Shown one piece after another: positions 1 to 11,882 of a stretch of 64,000 nt of DNA. The translations under genes were made by a program, and so were the position numbers. How positions within the stretch are numbered: position 1 is the stretch's first letter; each line of letters opens with the position of its first letter. The DNA is from Octopus bimaculoides (taxonomy: Eukaryota), in assembly GCF_001194135.2 (NCBI RefSeq), contig NC_068982.1, forward strand, positions 30,120,501 through 30,184,500, in the 5' to 3' direction. The notes under the pieces are model-generated. The model was given only the letters and a program-made list of their open reading frames with translations, was not told the DNA's origin and did no database searches.

Positions 1-57
1 CTTGCTGACCATTTGGAGAGCTGTGACACCTTTAATTTCAAGCAGCTGAGATTTCTG
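1..57 (+). CDS. Candidate internal coding exon (3' part) of an unidentified gene, LADHLESCDTFNFKQLRFL
   Basis: Only frame 1 is open across 1-57. It ends at a strong donor CTG|GTAAGA (58-63), phase 0. The sequence is non-repetitive. The acceptor lies outside the window and the peptide is not recognised. Confidence 0.5.
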
Positions 58-323
58 GTAAGACAGTTATTTACTTTGTTTTCTGGTCCTGTTTGTTGCT
101 TGTGATTTACTGTAAACATTAAATTAACATAGCTTGGGGTTAACATAAGCTGGAAACTAAATAAAATATTCTGTTTACTTCCTCTGACATTTGCCCTCCT
201 TCTGGAAACTGGTTCTTGATATTCTGTATGGAGTAGAAACTGACACACTGGTATAATCTTTCAGGTCATTGGGGCAATGAAACTATCAAACCATAACAAA
301 AACGGAACCTTGTGGCAGTTTGA

Positions 324-890
324 CCCTTTTGCTACCATATTTCTTTTAAAATACACAGTCTTAGTTTCATTTAGTTTTGAGAAAAATTAAGAATTTATTA
401 AAATAACCATATCCTTATTAAGCTGTTGTTTAGAACATAAAGTACATGAAATTTTGATGGAAGTTTTTGATTTGAATAATTTTAACCCTTTTGTTACTAT
501 ATTCATTTTGAAATACACAGTCTTTGTTTCAGTTAGTTTTGAAAATAATGAAGTAATTTTGTCCCCATAAAGCTGGTGTTCAAAATGGAAATTGATATGA
601 AAATCTAATGGAAGGTTTTGGTATAGATCATTTTAACCCTTTAACATTCAGATTACTATGTCAAATGTAATGTTTATCTAGTCACATTATCTTGAATTAC
701 TAATGTATTGTCTCATAGCTTTGAGATTTCAGTGATGCGATTGTTTATTTGTAGAATGATATTGTAGTGTAGATGTGAGAGGCTGAATCTTTCTGGTTTG
801 AACACAAAAGTGGAAGAATATTTGGGCTGGATATGGCCGGATTAACTGCTAAGAGGTTAAAACAGATTTTGTGACATAGAACCATAAGCT
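324..890 (+). mobile_element. Nested cluster of TTAA-targeting (piggyBac-like) MITEs
   Basis: Two 5' parts of one MITE family (about 324-480 and 481-632), then a complete second-family MITE at 633-860 (TTAACCCTTTAACA...TGCTAAGAGGTTAA), then resumption of the first family at 861-890. Confidence 0.7.
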
Positions 891-1152
891 ACTTAATCTC
901 CTGTAAAGTCCAGATTTGTTATTGCAAACTAATGTGACCCTGTTAATGATACTTGGCAGCAAAGCATGAAATGGAGTTGCAGTCTTTATAAAATATATAA
1001 AAGTTTGTATAAATTATAAGATGTGGTTTTTAAGTGGAAGGTTAAGTATTGACAATTGTACTGTTTACCAGATAAATTTCATGGACTAATATTTAAGCAG
1101 TTAATGTCAACTGTCATTTTGACTAGAATACTTATGTTTAATCAAACTCAAA

Positions 1153-1373
1153 TTAACTCTTTAGCATTCACATTACTCTGTCAAATGCAAAACTTATTTA
1201 TTCATGTTGTTTTCAATTAATCATGCATTATCTGGTAACTTCCAGATTTGGGATGATATGATTGTTTAGTTTCAGAATGTCATCATAAGGTAGGTATAAG
1301 AGGCCAGACGTTGGTGTTTTGAACATAAAATGTGTAGAATATTTGGACCAGATTTGGTTGGTTTAAATGTTAA
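1153..1373 (+). mobile_element. TTAA MITE (same family as 633-860)
   Basis: ttaactctttagcattcacattactctgtcaaatg...gatttggttggtttaaatgttaaa is colinear with 633-860. Confidence 0.75.
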
Positions 1374-1467
1374 ATATAATCAAGAGAATGGTGAGAGAAA
1401 GATTTTGTGGGAACATAAATCCTGTGTTTCAGAAAAGAACAGCAAGAAATAGAAGCATAATATATAA

Positions 1468-1912
1468 GCAGGCATGGCTGTGTGGTAAGACGCTTGCTTC
1501 CCAACCACATGATTCTGGGTTCAGTCCCACTGTGTGGCACCTTGGGCAAATGTCTTCTACTATAGCCTCAGGCTGACCAAAGTCTTGTGAGTGGGTTTGG
1601 TACATGGAATTTGAAAGAACACTGTTGTATACATATATATATATATATATATGTTTATATATGTGTATATATGTATATGTATATATCTGTATTTGTGTCT
1701 TTGTATCTGTGTTTGTCCTCCCATCACCACTTGAAAACCGGTGCTGGTGTGTTTACATCCCCGTAACTTAGCAGTTCGGCAAAAGAGACTGGTACGATAA
1801 GTACTAGGCTTAAAAAAATAAGTCCTGGGGTTGATTTGTCCAATCAAAAAACCCTCCAAACTGGTGCTCCAGTATGGCTGCAGTCACTTTACTGAAACAA
1901 ATAAAAGAATAA
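1468..1912 (+). mobile_element. tRNA-derived SINE family A (CORE-like box, internal (TA)/(TG) microsatellite), full length
   Basis: Head gcatggctgtgtggtaag...gggttcagtcccac (A/B-box-like), then gtggcaccttgggcaa (CORE-like), a microsatellite, and the tail gcagtc...actgaaacaaataaaagaata. About 20 copies occur in the window. Confidence 0.85.
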
Positions 1913-1989
1913 GTCTGAACTCCACCAGCAGCAGCAAGAAGAAGAACAAACCCTGCAATAGATGTGAAAATCAATTTACCTTTCTGTAG

Positions 1990-2067
1990 AAACTATAGTA
2001 TCATCAAAAGTTTGTAAATGTCCTGATGGAAAACATCCAATTAACTGGTCTGGTTTTGTCATTAAAG
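1990..2067 (+). CDS. Candidate internal coding exon, (E)TIVSSKVCKCPDGKHPINWSGFVIK(G), or YHQKFVNVLMENIQLTGLVLSLK from the alternative acceptor at 1999
   Basis: Polypyrimidine tract plus acceptor ttacctttctgtag (AG 1988-89) and donor AAG|GTAATT (2068). The exon is 78 nt, phase 1-1. A second AG at 1997-98 gives a 69-nt phase 0-0 exon. Both readings are open. Confidence 0.45.
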
Positions 2068-2864
2068 GTAATTACTTTATGTTGGATGCTCATCAGGTGA
2101 AAAACTAATCAAAAGGACAGAAATACATTTGGCACTAATAACAAAATGTTATGAAATATGTGACTGTTTTGTGTCATTTGAAATTATTTGTTAAAACTTA
2201 ATGCTATAAATTCAGTTTTCTGAATATCCATTTTTCGGTAAAATTTTGGGATCTTTACCTTTTCATGGACAGCACAATTAATTAATTTTCTAAACATTTT
2301 GAAACTTCGTATACTGGTAGAATGTGTCAGATAGAACACCTTTTACTCTTAGCGTTGTTGAGAAAAGTTTGTATTTATGAAGTCATTTTATGCTAAAGTT
2401 GTCGTATTTCAGTAATTTCAACCAATCAATGATATGTATTCAGCTGAATAAAATTTACTGCCATTGTTTGTACACAACAACTTCCAGCAGTGTATATTTC
2501 GTTTGCCACTGCTATTTATGACATATTTCATCTCAGTTATGTTCGTATGAATAAACGAGTGTATCTCAAGCATGTTTACTTCATGGCACCAAGAAAACAG
2601 TGCATCGCTTGGTCCAGGAATCGAAACTGCGATCTTATGATAATGACTCTAACACCCTAACCACTAAACCATGCACCTCTGATTTTTGATGTCTGAGAAA
2701 GGAGCTAAATTACTTCTGTCCTTGGGTTTTTACTGGTGTCTGATACAACACATGTGAAAATTGCTCTGAGCTAGTTGTAGTTGTTTGTCTGTGAAAGAAT
2801 AGAAAGGGACGATTTTAATAAGATATTGAGTATGTTTAGGTCTGCCATAATTTTTGAACACATA

Positions 2865-3120
2865 AGGCAAGAGCTTGACCCAATTTCCATGGTATGTAAG
2901 TGACTGAGATTATAACACTCTCTCACTGAATGGGATGCTGTTCCATCGCAGGACTAACTTCCCAAGTGTTTTCGGAACTCATTTACAGCTGAATAGGCTG
3001 GATCAAGGTGGAATGGGGTGTTTTGCTCAAGAGAACAACCCACTGCCCAATTCGGGAATTGAAACCATGATTTTATGGTTGTGAGTCCAACACCCTAACC
3101 ACTAGGCAACATGCTCTCAC
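2865..3120 (-). mobile_element. tRNA-derived CORE-type SINE, inverted
   Basis: gtgttttgctcaagagaacaac...gggaattgaaaccatg...caacaccctaaccactagg (reverse A/B boxes). A related head lies at 2590-2680. Confidence 0.7.
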
Positions 3121-3907
3121 CTTCAGCATGTTTGCCCCTCTTTTATTCATATATTGGATCCAGTCATTGAACCATTTTCAAACCTTTTGGTAATTTTATC
3201 AAGCCTGGTACTTACCTGTAAGTTTAGTATTTAATTCATTAATTGTGGTACCACTTAGCTACAGGCCATTAATGTTAACTCTCACATATATACACACACA
3301 CAAACTTTGATGGGTCAAGAGTTTATCTTGTATGGTATTTAATATACCACTCTTTGTCCTTGTTATCCTTATTCATGCTACTGGCTGCTCTGAGTTCTTA
3401 GGCTATGATAGTTCTCTACTCATTTTGTATATATGTCTAACTGTTATGTCTGGTTGGAGTGAAGGTAGGGCAACACTGTTGATGATGCTCATTGAGGTAG
3501 AATTATGTATTCATGACTGTTATCTGGTTGTCATATCAATTCTAGAGAATTGTTGATTTGTTGAGATTATCTCATTCAGAGTCAGCTGCAGTTGCCAATA
3601 GCTGTTTGTTTACTCTTTTTCAAAGTGGAAATAATTTCAATGAATCAAGAGTTAATATTGTATGATATTTAACAAGCCCTAACATCACTCAGGCTGCAGC
3701 ACAAAAACTTGCCTTTCTCACTTCGAAGCCCCAAAATACTTTAGCTCCTAGTGGTTACTAACCCTGTACAAAGTTATTTTTACAGAAGAAGTCTGATATA
3801 TATATAAATGCATAAATATATACGTGTGCACGCACACACACGCATGTGTATACATGCAAATATATTTATGTATAAGTGTATGTATATATATGTGTGTGTG
3901 TGTATGC

Positions 3908-3938
<31 letters not shown>

Positions 3939-4041
3939 GTAACAAACTGAGGAAAAGAATCCCTTCAAAGGAGTGTTTTAAACATCCAGTTCACTGGTAC
4001 GTCAGTTGAATACCATATAAATGTGGGTGTAATGCAATTAC

Positions 4042-4214
4042 AAAGATTTATTAAATAGAGAGATACTATTGACAATCCAATAATTCATTTATATTATATC
4101 ATATTACAATATTACATCATATACTATGAATATAACAATATTATATAACACATATTGTAATATTATAATATATAATATATTATTGGATTTTCAATAGTAT
4201 CTCTCTATTTAATG

Positions 4215-4221
<7 letters not shown>
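4042..4221. repeat. Inverted repeat with arms of about 44 bp
   Basis: aaagatttattaaatagagagatactattgacaatccaataat versus tattattggattttcaatagtatctctctatttaatgtatcttt, with about 3 mismatches. Confidence 0.9.
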
Positions 4222-4260
<39 letters not shown>

Positions 4261-4369
4261 TTTATATATATACATATATATATATATATTTATTTAATTA
4301 TATAGTTATAATTTTCTTACAAAACACAGCGTAGAAGTGCTCAAGTTGAACCTGAAGCATTAGATAAAT

Positions 4370-4916
4370 ATAGTGGATAGAATGGAGAAAGTTTAAATCA
4401 GCCAGACTATGATTAACACATACATATATCAGGCAGACTACGATTACCGCACACATACAGGTTTTGCTAAGATAACATAAGGATTGTCCAAACTGAAACA
4501 TATAGAGATATAAAAAATATATAGAAATATAAAAAATATATGAATACTGCAAATATACATGGACATATAGGTATATAAATATATAAACATAGTGATAATA
4601 GAATATAGATAAAAATGATAGTGGAATATAGATACAAAACGTTTTTAAAAAAATATTACTTTATCATATTTTTAATTTTTTAAAAAACGTTTTGTATCTA
4701 TTTGCCACTATTATTTTTATCTTTATTCTATTATTACTATGTTTATATATCTGTATACCTATATGTCCATTCATATATTTTTATATTGTTATATATCTAA
4801 TATACCAAAATATATTTCAGTTCGAACAATCCTTATTTTATCTTAACTAAACCTGTATATGTCTGTGCAAATCTTAGTCTGTGCCTTATTTGAACTTTTT
4901 TCATTCTATCCACTAT
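4370..4916. repeat. Long imperfect palindrome (foldback)
   Basis: 4370-4654 is the reverse complement of 4675-4916, with a 20-nt loop. The right arm runs into the N-gap. Confidence 0.9.
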
Positions 4917-5669
4917 NNNNNNNNNNNNNNNNNNNNNNNNNNNNNNNNNNNNNNNNNNNNNNNNNNNNNNNNNNNNNNNNNNNNNNNNNNNNNNNNNNNN
5001 NNNNNNNNNNNNNNNNNNNNNNNNNNNNNNNNNNNNNNNNNNNNNNNNNNNNNNNNNNNNNNNNNNNNNNNNNNNNNNNNNNNNNNNNNNNNNNNNNNNN
5101 NNNNNNNNNNNNNNNNNNNNNNNNNNNNNNNNNNNNNNNNNNNNNNNNNNNNNNNNNNNNNNNNNNNNNNNNNNNNNNNNNNNNNNNNNNNNNNNNNNNN
5201 NNNNNNNNNNNNNNNNNNNNNNNNNNNNNNNNNNNNNNNNNNNNNNNNNNNNNNNNNNNNNNNNNNNNNNNNNNNNNNNNNNNNNNNNNNNNNNNNNNNN
5301 NNNNNNNNNNNNNNNNNNNNNNNNNNNNNNNNNNNNNNNNNNNNNNNNNNNNNNNNNNNNNNNNNNNNNNNNNNNNNNNNNNNNNNNNNNNNNNNNNNNN
5401 NNNNNNNNNNNNNNNNNNNNNNNNNNNNNNNNNNNNNNNNNNNNNNNNNNNNNNNNNNNNNNNNNNNNNNNNNNNNNNNNNNNNNNNNNNNNNNNNNNNN
5501 NNNNNNNNNNNNNNNNNNNNNNNNNNNNNNNNNNNNNNNNNNNNNNNNNNNNNNNNNNNNNNNNNNNNNNNNNNNNNNNNNNNNNNNNNNNNNNNNNNNN
5601 NNNNNNNNNNNNNNNNNNNNNNNNNNNNNNNNNNNNNNNNNNNNNNNNNNNNNNNNNNNNNNNNNNNNN
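4917..5669. other. Assembly gap (N)
   Basis: N run. The other gaps are 6970-7946, 29655-29695, 30927-31004, 46423-47336, 50459-50917, 54381-54540, 57419-57535 and 63387-63395. Confidence 1.
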
Positions 5670-5710
<41 letters not shown>

Positions 5711-5749
5711 CTACATACACACACACACATGCACATATGCAGATAAATG

Positions 5750-5970
5750 TGCGTGTATGTTTGTTTCCTATGACTGCTTGACAACCAGTGCTGGTCTGTT
5801 TACATCCCCATAGCATAGTGGTTCAGAATAGATTAAACATCAGAGTTAAATTTAAAAAAAAAAAACAGAAAAAAAAGTACTGGGGTTGATTTGTTTGACT
5901 GAGCTTTTCCAGGTGGTACCACAGCATGGTCACAGCCCAGTGACCAGAATATGTAAAAGATAAAAGATAC
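5750..5970 (+). mobile_element. SINE family A, 3' half (5' part lost in the gap)
   Basis: gcttgacaaccagtgctggt...ggggttgatttgtttgact...gtaaaagataaaaga. Confidence 0.7.
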
Positions 5971-8002
5971 CTAAATACAATTTTGATACAATTTAAAATA
6001 ACTGATATGTTATTAAATTGACATAGTAAATTTTTATTTTATTTTATTTTTAAGTTTCAATTTTTCGTACATTCTATTCTGTTTCTTTGTTATTTACTCT
6101 TCTGTGCAGTTTGCATTCTATGATAACATTTGTCATAATTAAGAAAATATTTATTTTCCTCTTGTAAATACATTTTCTCTTTCAGAACAAAATCAATTTC
6201 TGTCCCAAAATGTGTTTAGTTTAACTTGAAAACATTTTTGATGTTTTTCTTTCTTTTCTTAAATCGGTCATCTTCCTGAAAAAATTATTTCTCTTTGCTA
6301 TATTTCTTATAACTCACTCACTTTCTTAGTGTTTCGAATGTGGATGGAGTAATTCAAAGTACATACATTTATATAAAATACATGTGTTTTACATTTTTCT
6401 TTCCATTATGCATAGGGAGAGAGAATTTATTATTTGTTTCAGCTAAAATACTTGTTTATATAGCCTGATATCCTTTCTGATCACTTAATTGTGAATTAAG
6501 AAATGCAGCTTAAATGAAGTGAACAGGTTGATATATGTATGTATATGTGTATGTAATGTATATATTATCGTCATCTAACTTCCATTTTCTCTGCTGCATT
6601 GGTTGGGCTGTTTAACAGAAGCTGGTGAACAAGAGGACTGCTTCAAGCCCTACTGTTAGTTTCTATGGCTGGATGTCCTTCCTAATGCCATCTACTTCAC
6701 AGATAGTACTGGGCACTTTTTTATATGGCACCAGCGAGATCACTAAGTAATTTGTAACACGACTCCTCAACTGAGAGGGGAGTGGCATTAAGAGAGGTGG
6801 CTTTGTGCCAAGTGATGAAAGGCTAAAGTATGACAGAAATACTATTGGCTTAACCCTTTAACTGTCAGCTAACATCTTGATTTAAGATGTCCTTTACCAA
6901 ATCTCATTATTTTGCTTCAAACATATACCTCTAGATATCCTTGTTGCTTATTTTGATTATATATATGTANNNNNNNNNNNNNNNNNNNNNNNNNNNNNNN
7001 NNNNNNNNNNNNNNNNNNNNNNNNNNNNNNNNNNNNNNNNNNNNNNNNNNNNNNNNNNNNNNNNNNNNNNNNNNNNNNNNNNNNNNNNNNNNNNNNNNNN
7101 NNNNNNNNNNNNNNNNNNNNNNNNNNNNNNNNNNNNNNNNNNNNNNNNNNNNNNNNNNNNNNNNNNNNNNNNNNNNNNNNNNNNNNNNNNNNNNNNNNNN
7201 NNNNNNNNNNNNNNNNNNNNNNNNNNNNNNNNNNNNNNNNNNNNNNNNNNNNNNNNNNNNNNNNNNNNNNNNNNNNNNNNNNNNNNNNNNNNNNNNNNNN
7301 NNNNNNNNNNNNNNNNNNNNNNNNNNNNNNNNNNNNNNNNNNNNNNNNNNNNNNNNNNNNNNNNNNNNNNNNNNNNNNNNNNNNNNNNNNNNNNNNNNNN
7401 NNNNNNNNNNNNNNNNNNNNNNNNNNNNNNNNNNNNNNNNNNNNNNNNNNNNNNNNNNNNNNNNNNNNNNNNNNNNNNNNNNNNNNNNNNNNNNNNNNNN
7501 NNNNNNNNNNNNNNNNNNNNNNNNNNNNNNNNNNNNNNNNNNNNNNNNNNNNNNNNNNNNNNNNNNNNNNNNNNNNNNNNNNNNNNNNNNNNNNNNNNNN
7601 NNNNNNNNNNNNNNNNNNNNNNNNNNNNNNNNNNNNNNNNNNNNNNNNNNNNNNNNNNNNNNNNNNNNNNNNNNNNNNNNNNNNNNNNNNNNNNNNNNNN
7701 NNNNNNNNNNNNNNNNNNNNNNNNNNNNNNNNNNNNNNNNNNNNNNNNNNNNNNNNNNNNNNNNNNNNNNNNNNNNNNNNNNNNNNNNNNNNNNNNNNNN
7801 NNNNNNNNNNNNNNNNNNNNNNNNNNNNNNNNNNNNNNNNNNNNNNNNNNNNNNNNNNNNNNNNNNNNNNNNNNNNNNNNNNNNNNNNNNNNNNNNNNNN
7901 NNNNNNNNNNNNNNNNNNNNNNNNNNNNNNNNNNNNNNNNNNNNNATATATATATATATATATATATGTTTGTATATATATGTTTGTATATATATGTATG
8001 TA

Positions 8003-8040
<38 letters not shown>

Positions 8041-8537
8041 AAAGTACACATTAAGTACAGGACATCACCAGTTAGTGAAAAATACGTAAATACATGAGCG
8101 ATAAGAAGAGGACAAATAGAAAAGAAAAAAATACACATTATGTACAGGATATTACCAACGAGTGAAAAATACATAAACACACAGAGAGAAGTACAGGACA
8201 AAATACCGCAGAAAGTCTGACCCCTCCTCAGTTGTTGACTTGTTTGTTACTATCTGTGATTGGGCTTTCAACAACAAGACAGAAAACTTCATAAGACAGC
8301 AGTATCCAGAAATTTTAAAAGTATAAAATTTATTGAGAGTTTAGGGCTTCAAACGAAGAAATGCCACCATAGTGAACATACAGAGTAAACAATTGGAGAT
8401 AGACATTAAGGGCTATTAGGCCAAGATGAATTGTAATGGCTAATGCCTGGGAATAATTTTGAAAGGATATAGAATAAATAGAAGAGAAAAAATAGTTGTA
8501 GAGCAAAAAATATCAAGAGGCTAGAGAAACACACACA

Positions 8538-8756
8538 CAGTTTGCCAAATAAAATGTATACACACTTCAGGAAAGGCAAAAAAATCTATGTAAATATTTT
8601 AATTTAGTGTTATTGCAATTCATTCAGTCATATTGTATTTTAATGAAACATCGAAAGAGGTATTTATATTTATATTTATAGAGCAATTTATGCAAGTTAA
8701 GTATTTATACAGATTTTTCCTTTCCTGAAGTATGTATACATACTTTCGGCAGACTG
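8538..8756. mobile_element. Tc1/mariner-type MITE with about 60-bp TIRs
   Basis: The left end CAGTTTGCC...ACTTCAGGAAAGG...AATCTATGTAAATA pairs with the right end TATTTATACAGATT...CCTTTCCTGAAGT...GGCAGACTG, which is followed by TA. Confidence 0.75.
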
Positions 8757-9645
8757 TATATGCAAGCATGTACATGCCGTTTTCTGGTTTATATTTGCAG
8801 TTTTACCATTTAAGCAGTTATAATACTTATTGAAATTGTGTTTGTGTATGAAAATTCAATTGAAATTGAAAATCCCGCTTAAACATTTTTTTTCTGTAAT
8901 GTGTCGAAATCCATAACTTTCTGCATATTTTGGTTTAAATTCTTTGGAATATATTGTGCCTCTTTGAGTTTTCTTTACATTTTGTCTTCATTCCCAACAA
9001 ACCACAGGTAAACATTCAATGTCGGTAACATCATTTGAAATACTAGTAACCTGAGAAAACCTTATTTCTAAAATTGTGACCTTTTCATTGATTCAGTTAT
9101 GAACGTTCCATTCCTTATCATACATTTTAAAATTGCAAAACCAAATCTGCATTTGTGTATAAACACATTTCATTCAATTATGGCTTCTAGTGTCATAGGT
9201 GCAACTGCTTACTCTGTTGATAAGGGCTATTATTTTTGATATGTTGAAAGGACATTTTGACATTGGAAAGACTTTTGCTGATTTGTTGATGGCAAGAACA
9301 ATTTCTAACTTAATTTTCCATTGGTTTCAATTTTATATTGATTTGAATTTTCTAAAATTCTTCTTCACACAACTACTTGACTTTTCATTTAGATATTGAA
9401 CTATTTTATTATTGTATATTGTAGTTAATGTCGTTCAGCCCCAGCTCATCTCTGATTGAGCTGATCAAGGATTGAAGGCTCCCTAGCCATGACCATCTCC
9501 TTTTGTATGTTTATGATACATTCCTCATTTTTAGTTTCTGTTAAGACGGAATGTGCCTTGAAGTAGCCTTTGGTTGGCATTGTTGTTTGGCAGGCAACAA
9601 AATACACACACACACACACGCACGCACCCCCCCCACACGCACGCA

Positions 9646-9685
<40 letters not shown>

Positions 9686-9714
9686 ACATCAGCACAAATT
9701 CATTCACAAGGCAT

Positions 9715-9995
9715 TAGGCAGTAGCCAAGGTGTTGTGGAGTGAGACTGAACCCAAAGCCATATGGTTGCAAAGCTAATTCATTAACCACACATGCGCAAA
9801 CACCCATATGCACTCATGTTCACACACACACACACAAGACACGCTTCTGTACTGCTTAAGTATACCATATTTCACACACTATGCATTGGTGTAGCCTGTG
9901 GCTTTCAGTAGAAGAGACTTGCTCAAGATAGCATTCCATGAAGTTAGAGTCCGAAACCATATAGTTGCAAAGCACATTTCATAACCACCCAGCTA
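9715..9995 (-). mobile_element. Two inverted SINE family A head fragments
   Basis: ttcattcacaaggc...tggttgcaaagc occurs twice (about 9700-9795 and 9845-9995). Confidence 0.6.
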
Positions 9996-11291
9996 TACAT
10001 TAAATTAATCTAGTTGATTGAGTGGCAATGCAGATGTTGGTACTGTGAAGAATTGAGTTGAAGGGAATCTTACAAGTGATTATTTGGCTTTTGATGAATT
10101 TCTATTTTGTCTGTGTTCAGAATTACATCTTGTGATGGGTTGATTGTGATTGATATCAGTTCTTGTCTGAAGCTAATTTAGGTGTTGGGGGAAATAAAAA
10201 AAATGTTTCATTGCTTGCCCTATAACTAAGCAAATGTCTGAAATTATTTATAAATGAGATAAATTTAAATAAAAAACAGAAAGAAACTGTAGGAAATAAA
10301 ATGTAGTTTTTGCTATACGACTATCCTGATTATTGAGGAGAGATGTATTTTTTTTTTTTCATGTGGCAGAGTTCTGACAGGAAATAGAGAAACAGATTTT
10401 CTACTTTACATATTGTAGAGCACTTGAAGATAATATTTTTTATAAGTTGAAAAAAAAAAAAAAAATGAACGACTTACATCTAATGCTGCTTTCCAATATA
10501 TTAAAAATTTATGAATGTAAGTATTTGAACTACTGCAGAAAAAAAAAACAGCAAAAAATTTATTTATAGATTTTTCAAGAAACTTTGCGTAAATTGCAAA
10601 GGACATTAGTTAATAAAGAAAGGGGGGAAAATAAAAATCCTAAAAACATCTGAATTGAGTTAACATCCATCAAAAGTTTGATGAGATTTGATGTGACATT
10701 AATTGTTATTAAATTTTGTCTAATATAAAAAGAGCTTTATATTATTACCGAATGTATTTTTTTCTGCTTGCTTAATATGTTGGCAATGGATTAAGCTACA
10801 CAGTCTCTCAGTGCATGCACTTGGCAATGGTGGTGGCAGTGCTGTCATCATTGGGTGTTTAGTTTACACCTGCTTTCCATGCTGGAATGGGGGTTTCATG
10901 GTTCAATGACATGAGACTAATCAGAGGACTGCATCGTGCTTCAGTATCTCAGTTTTGGCTGGATTTCTACAGCTGGATGGTATCCCTAACATCGACTACT
11001 TTATGGAGTGAACCATGTTCTTTTATTTATTTATTTATTCATTTTTTTTATTGTGTAGCACCAATATTATTCCTTGTGCAGCTTGCTTGAGTAGAGAGCT
11101 TGAAGTGCCTTCATGAATGAATGGAAAAAAGAAGAGGCAGTGAGATGATGTGAGATGGTTTTATATGATGAGAGGAACTGATTTATCATTACGAGAGGCA
11201 GTAACAGAGGTGACCTTGTTAGAGGGTAGAGTATAGAAGGAATAAGATAAAAAGAGAGGGAGTATTAGAATTCAATGTGAAAGTACTTCCT

Positions 11292-11506
11292 TTAACTTTT
11301 TGACATTTAATCTGACCATATCCATCTCAAATATTGTACATGTTTTGTGTCCAAACTAACAAGATCTAGTCTCTCACACCTATCCTACAATGTCATTTTA
11401 AAAATAAATAATCGCCTCATTAAAATCTTAAATCTATGAGAAAATGTGTGACTAATTCAGAACAATATGAGTAAATAAGCATGTAATCTGAATGCCAAAG
11501 GGTTAA
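11292..11506 (-). mobile_element. TTAA MITE (same family as 633-860), inverted
   Basis: The reverse complement aligns to 633-860. It ends ctgaatgccaaagggttaa. Confidence 0.75.
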
Positions 11507-11882
11507 TTAATAACCATCTAATTAGTTTTGAATTACTGCTGGATGAAACCTCATCGATTATTTTAACTTCAGTCCTACTGGACCACACAGGCCATGTGCA
11601 GATTGGGTTTTGGGGTGTTCACATAGTTACAAAATTAATTCTGGCCTTTGGCACCCAGGTGTAATTTGAACACAGGACACAAAAAATTAGAACAGGCACT
11701 GCAAGACATGTTGTCCAACAGTTTAACAATTCTGCCAATTCATCACCTGTGACTTGCACACTTTTTATGATGAAAGGTAAAACTGACTTCTGTTGGATTT
11801 GAACTGAGACATGCAGATAGCCAAAATGATTCTTTGCAAAGTATTCTATCCAGCAATCTAAATATCTTGCCAATTTGGCCCC

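Noticed and set aside
3205-3225. Perfect minus-strand donor CAG|GTAAGT
   Set aside because: It lies within a SINE family A remnant (aagcctggtactta) and has no open upstream exon.
4833-8201. Long ORFs of 265-414 aa in the track (likewise at 46379-47392, 50421-51138, 54112-54747 and 57236-57622)
   Set aside because: They are open only because they span N-gaps and (TA)n tracts, giving X runs and YIYIYI peptides.
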